From contig NIVC01003342.1 in the NCBI GenBank assembly GCA_002269645.1, positions 1 through 64,000 of the forward strand: a DNA stretch of 64,000 nucleotides, given 5' to 3'. The notes beneath the pieces were generated by a model. It did no database searches, was not told the origin of the DNA, and worked only from the letters and a program-made list of their open reading frames with translations. Positions 25,346 to 39,132 of the stretch are shown one piece after another (the first letter of the stretch is position 1; every line of letters starts with the position of its first letter). The stretch comes from Macrostomum lignano. Lineage: Eukaryota. The translations under genes and the position numbers were made by a program.

Positions 25346-25369
25346 CTGGAATAGGGCGGGATTGGGACT

Positions 25370-26322
25370 GATGGGATCGATGAGGGACTGGTGATGGGAT
25401 TGATGAGAGGCTGGTGATGGGATTGATGAGAGGCTGGTGATGGGATTGATGAGGGGCTGGTGATGGGATCGATGAGGGACTGGTGATGGGATTGATGAGA
25501 GGCTGGTGATGGGATTGATGAGAGGCTGGTGATGGGATCGATGAGGGACTGATGGGATCGATGAGGGACTGGTGATTGGATTGATGAGAGGCTGGTGATG
25601 GGATTGATGAGGGGCTGTTGGTGGGATTGATGAGGGGCTCGTGGTGGGATTGATGTAGGGCTGATGGTGGGATTGATGAGGGGCTGATGGTGGGATTGAT
25701 GAGGGGCTGGTGATGGATTGATGAGGGGCTGGTGATGGGATTGATGAGGGGCTGGTGATGGGATTGATGAGGGGCTGGTGATGGGATTGATGAGGGGCTG
25801 GTGATGGGATTGATGAGGGGCTGGTGATGGGATTGATGAGGGGCTGATGGTGGGATTGATGAGTGGCTGGTGGTGGGATTGATGAGGGGCTCGTGGTGGG
25901 ATTGATGAGGGGCTGATGGTGGGATTGATGAGGGGCTGGTGATGGGATTGATGAGGGGCTGGTGATGGGATTGATGAGGGGCTGGTGATGGGATTGATGA
26001 GGGGCTGGTGATGGGATTGATGAGGGGCTGATGGTGGGATTGATGAGGGGCTGATGGTGGGATTGATGAGGGGCTGGTGATGGGATTGATGAGGGGCTGG
26101 TGATGGGATTGATGAGGGGCTGGTGATGGGATTGATGAGGGGCTGGTGATGGGATTGATGAGGGGCTGATGGTGGGATTGATGAGGGGCTGATGGTGGGA
26201 TTGATGAGGGGCTGGTGATGGGATTGATGAGGGGCTGGTGATGGGATTGATGAGGGGCTGATGGTGGGATTGATGAGGGGCTGGTGATGGGATTGATGAG
26301 GGGCTGGTGATGGGATTGATGA
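25370..26322. repeat. 23-bp minisatellite (gggattgatgaggggctggtgat)n
   Basis: About 41 copies. Source of the PHQSHHQPLINP pseudo-ORFs. Confidence 0.95.
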
Positions 26323-27121
26323 GTAAATGCATAATCCAGACAAAAAGATGGAAATTGAAATTAATAAATGTACAATTTAAGCTGCTCCTGCTAGTTAAAT
26401 TGACATTTCATATTGGTTAGTAAAAGCTGTAATTTTTTATGGTGATGCAAATGCTAGCATCTTTACACCCTATTCACATAAAAAATAATATATTTAACGT
26501 ATTCAAGCAAAAATGAATAGCAATGAACAGTGCAGATAAATCCATTTTCAGAACGATCAGCAAACAAACAGAAAAGACAGTTAGCGTTCGGTGCAATTGG
26601 AATTTAAAAGCCAAAAAATGAACACTATATCATATAGTTATCGCACAGTTCCTTATCTGATAATGAGAATGCAATAAGTTTAACTTGCGATTCACAGAGC
26701 CTACTATGAGTAGGCTATAGTTGTCTACAAAAGAAATAGGCTGTACACGATTTAGCGAGCCTGAACCCGGCCTAGCAACACATGTTTACCATAGAAACAA
26801 CACTTACATGATGTTATTTAGCAGCGGTTCCGTGAAACTGTAGAATATTATTGTTACCATCTAGCTCGTAAAAACGCTTCACAATACAGTTTTGAAGGCA
26901 TAATACCGGCAAATTCTCCAGACTTTAATCCCATTGTATCATGCGAAAATTTAAAAAGTTTAATTGAAACTTTATCTAAAACTTTTTTACTAAAATGGAC
27001 TATTAATTTGCAGTATTGCTGATCAATCAACTCTGCACATTAAGACTGTTGCTTTCTGGTCTACGTGGTCATACGAGTATATGGGCTTTATTAATATTTA
27101 GAATGCCTTGTGCTATCAACA

Positions 27122-27553
27122 GATACTAGAAAAACTAGACGGGCCACTCAGCACATTTGCGTGTAAGCTACTTTCAGTTCAGTAGTAGGTTAGACAGAAG
27201 CATTTTAATGTATTTTTAAATCTAAGGCTCATTTATTGGCTCTTACCCCCTCCCGCTAAGCCCCCCAACCGCGCCTTTCCACACTTCCTCAATTTTTATT
27301 GCCTTTCTCTCGGAATTCTAGCCTAAAGCTGCCATGTACATTTCAGTGGACTGGCTAATGTACATTATTGCTGAACCAATTAGCAAGCTGTTTACGCCTG
27401 CAAGCTTTGGGCTTCTAAACTTATCAAAGTCATTTCAGCTGCCTTTATTTTTATGAAATAGCTTATGTATTCTTCTTTGCTACTGAACTGAAAGTAGAAA
27501 GCTGTTTTACTTAGTATATGTGCCTGAGTGGCCCATCAAGTTATTTTAGTATC
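27122..27553. mobile_element. MITE with long imperfect TIRs; second, truncated copy at about 57058-57420
   Basis: The left end gatactagaaaaactagacgggccactcag... is an inverted match to the right end ...ctgagtggcccatcaagttattttagtatc. The same body recurs at 57.06 kb. Confidence 0.7.
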
Positions 27554-27738
27554 CAATTATTCACTTTAAATTTCAGTACAGTAGATAAAAATGTAGACCG
27601 ATCAGGTAGACGGCGAGAGTAACTATGATTTATATAGTAATAAAACAACCTCGTCATCTAATTAGTAATAAAAGATTCCAAACATTAGAAGATTAATTAA
27701 TGAGTTTAAATACAGAGAGGAGAGGCATATCTCGGACA

Positions 27739-30700
27739 CTATTTGGGCCAGCCGCCGGCATCTCCGGACATCATGGCCATAGAGTTGGCTGTCTCCAACG
27801 CGTACTGCGTCCCGTACAGCCCGCGGCATCGCAAGCCAAAATTGAGAATCTCCTGCTTGACCATTTTCTTACTGCCGCGATGCCGAATGATGCCGTTAAG
27901 GAAGGCGGACTTCTCGGCCTCGGTGACGCGAGGAGTCGGATAGTCCGGCCCGGCCAGCAGCTCGGACAGGCAGCGGCGCGCCTCGGCCGGGAAGCTGCGC
28001 ACCAGGCAGAGCAGGACGGTGGCCAGGTGGTCGACAGCGAATCTGGGCGAGTCGCCGCCGATTGCTCGAACTATTCGATGGCAAAGGGCGCGCATATGGT
28101 CCATTAGTACGGATTGGCCATTGTACCTGTCGCAGTGGGTGATGAACTCAACCAGGAGTAGGCAGGCCGTTTTTAGCGTGCTCAGCTCGGGCAGGCTGAG
28201 GCCGCATAGAGCCACCTAATTTTGGCGGCAGCGGGGAGGAGAGATGAAGCCGGATCTTTCGTGAATTGCTAAATAAGGAAACAGGGCCAGCAGTGAAACT
28301 TCTAGTAGATAATAGTACTATAATGTGGTGCCGAGATATATCCGAGAATCAGGATGTAGGAGTGCAATCTGGATGTGCAGATCGGGATACTTTGCAGTGG
28401 GAGCAGAATGAGTGACCTATAGGAGTATAAAAGAGGAGGGCCCAGATTTTGAGCAGTATGTAAGTCAGGAATCGGGCAAACTCAAGCCTGCAGGCCCTCG
28501 GGCCCTTTGAAATTTCACAAAAGCAATCCATCCGGCCCGATCAAGGTTTGGGTCTCTTCTCTGGCGCGCAGTCATGCACTAGGTTCTCTATTTGGCCCCT
28601 AGAGATAAAAGTTTGCCAACCCACCTTGAAGACGGAGTTCATATCCACCAGCTGGTGCAGCTGCATTGAACCGGAGGCCCGCCTAATCGCGTGGTACATC
28701 AAGCTGAGAAAGCTTTCAATAATGTCGGTACTCTGCCCGATACAGTTCTGCGCCTCGGCCTCGCGCAGATGCTGCAGAGTCCGGCTAGCCATCGCGGTCA
28801 GCAGGCCGCTGACTGTGTCGCTGTGCGGAGCGCTGGAGTGAAAGCAGATAAGAATCTGTTTGGCCAAGTCCAGCAGCACACTCTGCGGCATCTCAGCGTA
28901 AGCCTGTACAACAAAGCTAGTCAGGGTGCCGATGAGCGGCTCGAACTCCAGCTGGGTGGCTCGCAGCGCCCATTTGAACAGGTCGAACACGGCCTCCATG
29001 AGCTCGCGGTCGCCAACGTAGACTCTAGTGACCCGTTCAATAGGCCTGAGCAGCTTGTCCAGCAGCCACAGCACGCCAACATGTGGAGCGGCCAGCTGCG
29101 GCAGGTCGGCATCTGAGGAGCTCTCGTTAACGTCGTCATCGTCGTCGATGAGATGCGGCACGTCGCTGTTGCGTCGGGCGGCGCTGCCGGGAGAGACAGG
29201 CGGCGGCGCCGGGTTGCTCTTCTGCATGGCGGTAAACAGCCAGCCGAACAGCTTCAGCTTGGTGAGAATCAGCGCCTTCAGGGCTGGCTGGCTGGCCGAG
29301 TTCCGCTGCTGCTGCTGCAGGTCGGCAGATTCGGCTCCGCTAGAGTCCAGGCCGCAGGCTTCGCACAGCTGCAACAGCTGGGGAGTGCAGATCTTGTCCA
29401 GGTAGGCAATCATGGTGTCCCTGGGCAGCATGGACACCGTGTAGCCAACGCAGCACATAAGCCTGTTGGCGTCCGCTGGCGGCAACTGCTGTGTGGACAG
29501 TACGCCGGACAGGCAGTCAAGAATGGCCGAGCCGTGCGGCAGCATCTGGGCGTTGGAGAGTTCGGAGAGGGCGGCAGTGAGTATCAAAATTTAGCAATAA
29601 TTATAGTTTGCATGGCGGCATTGGGGGGGGGGGGCACTGTCGCAGATCCTGACGATTTCTTGTCGTCAGGCCAATGTACATACCCTGTGCCTTGGGCATT
29701 GGCCCGTATGGTTGTGAATAGCACGACAAGGCCCAGGCTAGTTTTTGTGAAGGCCCTTTTAACACGACCTTTGCGCGTGCTAAAATTTTAATAAGAGTTG
29801 TTTGTGGTGTTGGAGTGAGCCCGATCGAAATACAGTGGCCAAAGGAAAAAACTAACTTCATTTGTTCAAAAAAATACAATTTCAAGCTACGATCCAATCC
29901 TGCGATGGTAACATGACTTGATAAAATGACTGTCAGTATAACATCTCTGTGATTGTGACCGTCAAATACAGCAGACTGTCAGTATAACATCTCTGTGATT
30001 GTGACCGTCAAATACAGCAGACTGTCAGTATAACATCTGTGATTGTGACCGTCAAATACAGCAGACTGTCAGTATAACATCTGTGATTGTGACCGTCAAA
30101 TACAGCAGACTGTCAGTATAACATCTGTGATTGTGACCGTCAAATACAGCAGACTGTCAGTATAACATCTCTGTGATTGTGACCGTCAAATACAGCAGAC
30201 TGTCAGTATAACATCTCTGTGATTGTGACCGTCAAATACAGCAGACTGTCAGTATAACATCTCTGTGATTGTGACCGTCAAATACAGCAGACTGTCAGTA
30301 TAACATCTCTGTGATTGTGACCGTCAAATACAGCAGACTGTCAGTATAACATCTCTGTGATTGTGACCGTCAAATACAGCAGACTGTCAGTATAACATCT
30401 GTGATTGTGACCGTCAAATACAGCAGACTGTCAGTATAACATCTGTGATTGTGACCATCAAATACAGCAGACTGTCAGTATAACATCTCTGTGATTGTGA
30501 CCGTCAAATACAGCAGACTGTCAGTATAACATCTCTGTGATTGTGACCGTCAAATACAGCAGACTGTCAGTATAACATCTGTGATTGTGACCGTCAAATA
30601 CAGCAGACTGTCAGTATAACATCTGTGATTGTGACCGTCAAATACAGCAGACTGTCAGTATAACATCTGTGATTGTGACCGTTAAATACAGCAGACTGTC

Positions 30701-33700
30701 AGTATAACATCTGTGATTGTGACCGTCAAATACAGCAGACTGTCAGTATAACATCTGTGATTGTGACCGTCAAATACAGCAGACTGTCAGTATAACATCT
30801 CTGTGATTGTGACCGTCAAATACAGCAGACTGTCAGTATAACATCTCTGTGATTGTGACCGTCAAATACAGCAGACTGTCAGTATAACATCTGTGATTGT
30901 GACCGTCAAATACAGCAGACTGTCAGTATAACATCTGTGATTGTGACCGTCAAATACAGCAGACTGTCAGTATAACATCTCTGTGATTGTGACCATCAAA
31001 TACAGCAGACTGTCAGTATAACATCTCTGTGATTGTGACCGTCAAATACAGCAGACTGTCAGTATAACATCTGTGATTGTGACCGTCAAATACAGCAGAC
31101 TGTCAGTATAACATCTCTGTGATTGTGACCGTCAAATACAGCAGACTGTCAGTATAACATCTCTGTGATTGTGACCGTCAAATACAGCAGACTGTCAGTA
31201 TAACATCTCTGTGATTGTGACCGTCAAATACAGCAGACTGTCAGTATAACATCTGTGATTGTGACCGTCAAATACAGCAGACTGTCAGTATAACATCTCT
31301 GTGATTGTGACCGTCAAATACAGCAGACTGTCAGTATAACATCTCTGTGATTGTGACCGTCAAATACAGCAGACTGTCAGTATAACATCTCTGTGATTGT
31401 GACCGTCAAATACAGCAGACTGTCAGTATAACATCTGTGATTGTGACCGTCAAATACAGCAGACTGTCAGTATAACATCTGTGATTGTGACCGTCAAATA
31501 CAGCAGACTGTCAGTATAACATCTGTGATTGTGACCGTTAAATACAGCAGACTGTCAGTATAACATCTGTGATTGTGACCGTCAAATACAGCAGACTGTC
31601 AGTATAACATCTGTGATTGTGACCGTCAAATACAGCAGACTGTCAGTATAACATCTCTGTGATTGTGACCGTCAAATACAGCAGACTGTCAGTATAACAT
31701 CTCTGTGATTGTGACCGTCAAATACAGCAGACTGTCAGTATAACATCTGTGATTGTGACCGTCAAATACAGCAGACTGTCAGTATAACATCTGTGATTGT
31801 GACCGTCAAATACAGCAGACTGTCAGTATAACATCTCTGTGATTGTGACCATCAAATACAGCAGACTGTCAGTATAACATCTCTGTGATTGTGACCGTCA
31901 AATACAGCAGACTGTCAGTATAACATCTGTGATTGTGACCGTCAAATACAGCAGACTGTCAGTATAACATCTCTGTGATTGTGACCGTCAAATACAGCAG
32001 ACTGTCAGTATAACATCTCTGTGATTGTGACCGTCAAATACAGCAGACTGTCAGTATAACATCTGTGATTGTGACCGTCAAATACAGCAGACTGTCAGTA
32101 TAACATCTGTGATTGTGACCGTCAAATACAGCAGACTGTCAGTATAACATCTGTGATTGTGACCGTCAAATACAGCAGACTGTCAGTATAACATCTCTGT
32201 GATTGTGACCGTCAAATACAGCAGACTGTCAGTATAACATCTCTGTGATTGTGACCGTCAAATACAGCAGACTGTCAGTATAACATCTCTGTGATTGTGA
32301 CCGTCAAATACAGCAGACTGTCAGTATAACATCTCTGTGATTGTGACCGTCAAATACAGCAGACTGTCAGTATAACATCTGTGATTGTGACCGTCAAATA
32401 CAGCAGACTGTCAGTATAACATCTCTGTGATTGTGACCGTCAATTACAGCAGACTGTCAGTATAACATCTGTGATTGTGACCGTCAAATACAGCAGACTG
32501 TCAGTATAACATCTGTGATTGTGACCGTTAAATACAGCAGACTGTCAGTATAACATCTCTGTGATTGTGACCGTCAAATACAGCAGACTGTCAGTATAAC
32601 ATCTCTGTGATTGTGACCGTCAAATACAGCAGACTGTCAGTATAACATCTCTGTGATTGTGACCGTCAAATACAGCAGACTGTCAGTATAACATCTGTGA
32701 TTGTGACCGTCAAATACAGCAGACTGTCAGTATAACATCTGTGATTGTGACCATCAAATACAGCAGACTGTCAGTATAACATCTCTGTGATTGTGACCGT
32801 CAAATACAGCAGACTGTCAGTATAACATCTCTGTGATTGTGACCGTCAAATACAGCAGACTGTCAGTATAACATCTGTGATTGTGACCGTCAAATACAGC
32901 AGACTGTCAGTATAACATCTGTGATTGTGACCGTCAAATACAGCAGACTGTCAGTATAACATCTGTGATTGTGACCGTCAAATACAGCAGACTGTCAGTA
33001 TAACATCTGTGATTGTGACCGTCAAATACAGCAGACTGTCAGTATAACATCTGTGATTGTGACCGTCAAATACAGCAGACTGTCAGTATAACATCTCTGT
33101 GATTGTGACCGTCAAATACAGCAGACTGTCAGTATAACATCTCTGTGATTGTGACCGTCAAATACAGCAGACTGTCAGTATAACATCTCTGTGATTGTGA
33201 CCGTCAAATACAGCAGACTGTCAGTATAACATCTCTGTGATTGTGACCGTCAAATACAGCAGACTGTCAGTATAACATCTGTGATTGTGACCGTCAAATA
33301 CAGCAGACTGTCAGTATAACATCTCTGTGATTGTGACCGTCAATTACAGCAGACTGTCAGTATAACATCTGTGATTGTGACCGTCAAATACAGCAGACTG
33401 TCAGTATAACATCTGTGATTGTGACCGTTAAATACAGCAGACTGTCAGTATAACATCTCTGTGATTGTGACCGTCAAATACAGCAGACTGTCAGTATAAC
33501 ATCTCTGTGATTGTGACCGTCAAATACAGCAGACTGTCAGTATAACATTTCTGTGATTGTGACCGTCAAATACAGCAGACTGTCAGTATAACATCTGTGA
33601 TTGTGACCGTCAAATACAGCAGACTGTCAGTATAACATCTGTGATTGTGACCATCAAATACAGCAGACTGTCAGTATAACATCTCTGTGATTGTGACCGT

Positions 33701-36700
33701 CAAATACAGCAGACTGTCAGTATAACATCTCTGTGATTGTGACCGTCAAATACAGCAGACTGTCAGTATAACATCTGTGATTGTGAGCGTCAAACACAGC
33801 ATAAGAATGAAAACATTCACATCTTGAAAATGGCATATGTTTTCAACTAAAAAATCGAGACTGGCACGGCAACCTCACCTGAAGCTGGTTAATCTGGCAG
33901 ATATTGCGCAACGCTTTGCCAGCGCTGGCCCCGAGCTCGCCGCCCAACTGCAGACAGCGCAGCACAGTTGGCAGCACATTATTCAACACGTAGGGATTGT
34001 CGCTCATCCACTCCTGATAGGCGCTGATCATGTCTAGAGCGGCCTGGATGCAGCGAACATTGGAGCTGAGCGGTAGCCTTGGCAACAATGAGAAAATATC
34101 GCGCAGCTCGGCATCGTGAGTGTCATTGTCAACAACATTCTCTGCGATGGCCTGCACTAGGAACAACACAGACTCAACGTGCTGCCAAGGCGGGGTGTAG
34201 TCAGCGGTGCAGAAGCTGTACAGCAGGCTGTACACCCACTGGAACAGGTTGGCCTTCAGTATGTTATAGGCGTACATGAATGTGTCGCCAATGTCTTCGC
34301 GGTAGCAGCGAAATTTTTCGCGATCGTCTTCGCCGAGTTCGGCTTCGGCTGCTTCGTCTGGCAGCTGGCATTTGCGCAGCAGCACCACCACAAGGCGCAT
34401 GTACGCGTCCTGGCACCGGCGGGAAGGGGGCGGAAAGATTTAACCAACATCTCCATGGCAACAGAAACAATAACAATATGCCTAAAGTTATTAGCGGTGA
34501 AGGACTACCAGGGGAGGAGGCGAACAATACCCACTGACAATTTCTGTCGCGCATCGAACGAGAGGAGAGCCGCAGGCACGTAAAAGACAATTTACTAAAA
34601 TTTATTTATTAAAACCGCGTATTAGGCTAAAAAGTTGAAGCCGATTTTCGAGCCAACAACCCACTTTATCCTCTTACCGAGTTTTGTTTTTTATTTCTAT
34701 TTAGCAGGGGCCAGAAATCTCCGGCCCGCGAAGCCTCGGGTCTTTTGAAATTCACGTCCGGCCCTCTCTCCCCTCATCTCTTCTCTCCCCTCATCTCTTC
34801 TCCCTTCTCTCCTATGTACCCTCTCTTTTCTCTTCTCTTATCTCCTCTCTCGACTGTCCCCTCATTTCTCATTTTTTATTTCTTTTTCCTCACTCATCTG
34901 GCCCGCAGCCAGGGGCTGGATGATTTATCTGGCTTTTGAGATAAAAAAGTTTTTGTACATAAACTTAGTCTGAAGTTAGTCATTGATAGATACTTAACTT
35001 TATGATTTTATTTTGGAAGTACTTTGTGTACTAGCGTGAGCCTGCACTGCTCTCTCCAATTCGGGGGCCACTAAGAAAATTGCCAGAGTGTAAAATTCTC
35101 CTCCATATTTAGCACAAATAAAGTGCCTATTTACCGAACCATACACTATAGAGCAACTACAGCTGACTAAAAGCAAAATAATACAGCTTTGAAAGTGTCG
35201 CAGGCCCCCTTGTCTGGCTGGCTCGCACGCGCCATGGAACGTTGCTACCGGCGTTGCTGCCGAATACGCAAGGCGAGATGGTGACGATGATGATTCGAAA
35301 TCGATGGAGCGACTACCGGATATTGCGCGCGGTGCACCGCCATTCATGCACCTGAAAGTGCATCCTTTATTCATTGCATTTTTGGCTGTACACACACAAT
35401 TTACAGCAAAACGCTATTCACTTAACCTTATAAACGTTAGCGCATGGTTCTGGAAGCTAAACAGATAATAGTCTATGGCCCAAAATCGGCACCGATTCAA
35501 ATTATAGAAAACGAATAAAAACTTTCTGATTTAAACCCTAAAATAGCAACTTTTTTAAGCAATAAATTTTGCACCTTCACCCAAGCGCCTTACCTGGAAC
35601 AGGCCAACCAGATGGCTCCATTTGGTCTCGTCGCACGAGGTCAGCTCGTCCTGCAGCAGATACCAAAAGTACAAAGCGGAATCGGAGACCTGCTCGTCAG
35701 TTGGAAATCGGCCGGGCGCATCTGTGCAGCGCAGCACCATGGCTAACAGCTTGTGGGTGAGCTCCGTGTCGCCATGGTAACAAGTATCCAGCAACAGTCG
35801 GCACTGACTCTCGCACACAGTAGTTACTAAGCGGCAGAGACCCTGGGCGGTGTCCGAGCCGTCAGTGAGGGCTTTATCAAGACACTCGTCAAGGCTCACA
35901 ATATAGGGCAGTAGGGAGCTGACTGTGCCGGGAAACTTGTGCACACTTGGATGGGAGAAGATGTTGCACAGGCATTCTACAGCCTCCTCGAATAGGTCGG
36001 CATCGTGCAGGGCCTGCAGTTTAGCGAAGGATTTTACACCGTCTTAGCATTAATCCCGATTAAAAGGGTACCTCAGGCCAAGAAGCGACCCAAAGTCAGT
36101 TGCGTCGCGCCCAGAGTCTGTGCAGGTGGCACAGGTAAAATAGGAAGAATTAAAGGAAAGACTCAAACGACGAGACCACGACGGTACAAGTCGCAAAAAA
36201 GTTGCCAGGAGTCGCCGGAGTCAATCTGAGACGTTTTATTGTTGTCTATTTTACCTGGGGGCTGGGACTGTAAAACGACTCCAGAGTCGTGTCTGAGGCG
36301 TGCTAGAGAGTAACTAAGTTGCGCATAAAGCGTATCTGCGGCACTTTATGAATTAGAATAGCATTTCACATTTATTACAACTCTACTTGAGTCTACCGGA
36401 GATAATACCAAGTTACCAAAACTACCCTTAGACGACTTTTTCGCGATTTAATAGTCGCCTCTCCGTTGAACAACAGTCGTATGAGTCTTTAAAAAGACAT
36501 GAGAGTCACTAGAGTCACTAGTGATTTGTTTGCAATGACTCTAAAGAGTTTTAGTGTCTCGGTAGCGTTTTCAACAGTATCATTAACACAATATAACACT
36601 GCTAAGGAAAATTGCCCAGGAAAAAATAGTGTTAATCGAAAAATATAGCCTATTGTCCGACTTATCGAGCAAACAATTAAGAACTCTCCAGTTTAAACAG

Positions 36701-38547
36701 TGTTCGTTACCAAATAACTTCTGGCCGTAGCGCGCTCGCTGATTCGCTGACTTCAGGGTCGTCAATAACCCTCTAACCCCTGGGGCCTGGGCGCTCACTG
36801 ATTCGCTGACTTCAGGGTCATCAATAACCCTCTAACCCCTGGGGCCTGGCCGCTCACTGATTCGCTGACTTCAGGGTCATTAATAACCCTCTAATCCCTG
36901 GAGCCTGGGCGCTCGCTGATTCGCTGACTTCAGGGTCATTAATAACCCTCTAACCCCTGGGCCTGGGCGCTCGCTCATTCGCTGACTTCAGGGTCATTAA
37001 TAACCCTCTAACCCCTGGGGCCTGGGCGCTCGCTGATTCGCTGACTTCAGGGTCATCAATAACCCTTTAACCCCTGGGGCCTGGGCGCTCGCTGATTCGC
37101 TGACTTCAGGGTCATCAATAACCCTTTAACCCCTGGGGCCTGGGCGCTCACTGATTCGCTGACTTCAGGGTCATCAATAACCCTCTAACCCCTGGGGCCT
37201 GGGCGCTCACTGATTCGCTGACTTCAGGGTCATTAATAACCCTCTAACGCCTGGGGCCTGGGCGCTCACTGATTCGCTGACTTCAGGGTCATCAATAACC
37301 CTCTAACCCCTGGGCCTGGGCGCTCGCTCATTCGCTGACTTCAGGGTCATCAATAACCCTCTAACCCCTGGGGCCTGGGCGCTCGCTGATTCGCTGACTT
37401 CAGGGTCATCAATAACCCTCTAACCCCTGGGCCTGGGCGCTCGCTCATTCGCTGACTTCAGGGTCATTAATAACCCTCTAACCCCTGGGGCCTGGACGCT
37501 CGCTGATTCGCTGACTTCAGGGTCATCAATAACCCTCTAACCCCTGGAGCCTGGGCGCTCGCTGATTCGCTGACTTCGGGGTCATTAATAACCCTCTAAC
37601 CCCTGGGGCCTGGCCGCTCGCTGATTTGCTGACTTCAGGGTCATCATCAAGCATCTATACTTATATACCTGTAACCACTGATTCGTTAAACTATCAATTT
37701 CAGATAGAATTTAGTAATTAAAATTTAGTACGTTATCTAGATATACCTTTGTAAATTTATATTCGCTAATGAAATAGATTGATAATTTGATACTACTCTC
37801 CGATGGCAAAACGTGACAGATCATCTATAGACAAAGTAAATGTGTAAGGTTCACCTGAAACACAATCAGCACCAGATCTACGCTATTATCAATAGGCACT
37901 GAGAACTGCAGCCAAGCCGACAGGGCATTGATGCCGCTGCAGTACACCTGTTTCGGACAATGACCAGTGCTGAGAATCTCTCGGAAATATGCCATAATCC
38001 GCGGTACGCCTGCCTCGAGGTCCTCCTTGACGGCTGCCCGTTTCTGCGCCGGCAGCAGAACGGCGCAGAACTCCTCCGGTATGATGCGCAACAGTTCCGT
38101 CAGGGCGCAAATTGCTTTCACGTTAGCCTCTTGCGATTTACCACGACTGCCGGCTTGGATATAATCCACTATGGACTCGACAACTCCGGGCCAATGGTCC
38201 GGGCTCATGTAGAAGGCCAGATGGGCAACGGCTATGCACAGTTTCGACACTACAGCATGATTAGCGTACTCGCTACATTCCAACAGCTTGCCTAGCAGGG
38301 AAGTTCGCAATTCCACAGCTTTATCTAATGGCAAGGCCCGGCCACTGTGTATGATTTTAGTGCACAAAGTGCATGCTCCAAAGAACTGCACATAATCTGG
38401 CTTGTCATGCTGCAAAAATTTCCATGAAAATTCCCAGCCACTGTCAGAGATCTGAGCCGACATTAGCCATTGGTTGGCGTCTACAGTGTAGCCGGAGTTG
38501 TAGAAGCTGTGCAGCACAGACTCAACTTGTTCCTCACTGTACTCCAT
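27739..38547 (-). CDS. IPO13: Importin-13 (about 1013 aa)
   Basis: Five exons, all introns phase 0: 37855-38547, 35594-36013, 33879-34409, 28625-29545, 27739-28215. Motifs: ANQWLMSAQ.S..GWEFSWKFL..QFFGA; LFEEAVE; FWYLLQDEL; FRCYREDIGDT; PWQHVESVLF. In-frame stops precede the ATG. Confidence 0.93.
29927..33800. repeat. 44/46-bp satellite (actgtcagtataacatct[ct]gtgattgtgaccgtcaaatacagcag), about 85 copies, IPO13 intron 3
   Basis: Direct. Contains higher-order 856-bp and 900-bp duplications. Confidence 0.97.
36727..37645. repeat. 59-bp minisatellite, about 15 copies, IPO13 intron 1
   Basis: ctgattcgctgacttcagggtcatcaataaccctctaacccctggggcctgggcgctc repeated in tandem. Confidence 0.95.
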
Positions 38548-39132
38548 TCTTCATTAAGGCATAATAGTTTTCTATTGTTGTTTTTGTCTGCAAGCAGCAA
38601 TGTATAAGGATATCTATTGTTTGATACTACAAAAATACTTTTTAAACAGGCCTATTCAATATAAGCAGAAGTATGTGAGTAATTAATATAATAATAAGGC
38701 ATGGAATAACTAATCTATTTCTAATGGCAACACACAAGTGGCTAAAGGCAGTATAAACTGTTTTACCTAATAGTTATGTACATGTTTTATGATATGCCAA
38801 ATAGGTACTATTATATAGTAGTTAGATGATGCTTTAGAATAATGTGAGTATAAGACATTAGAAAATATATGTAGCAGAAAAGGGAAACCTTAGAAATGGG
38901 TTGCCTACTACTGGGTTGGCATGCTTGAAATTTGCTTTTTACATTTACAAATATACTCTAGCCTATAGCTATTTTGCATCTAATATATTTAATCCTTAAC
39001 TTGATTTTTAAAGCTATCTATAATTAAAATTGATGAAATACTTACCTTTAGCTTTAGGTACCTTTAGCTTTACCTTTAGGTATACTACCTTTAGGTAATA
39101 TATTAAGGCCAGATAAATTAAAATTTATCTTT

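Noticed and set aside
24752-26343. 526-aa and 451-aa P/S/H-rich ORFs
   Set aside because: Mostly the 23-bp repeat. Only 25002-25345 is supported as coding (ANKRD16 exon).
29927-33800. CRISPR-like regular repeat array
   Set aside because: Units are contiguous with no unique spacers, there are no cas genes, and the array sits in a eukaryotic intron.
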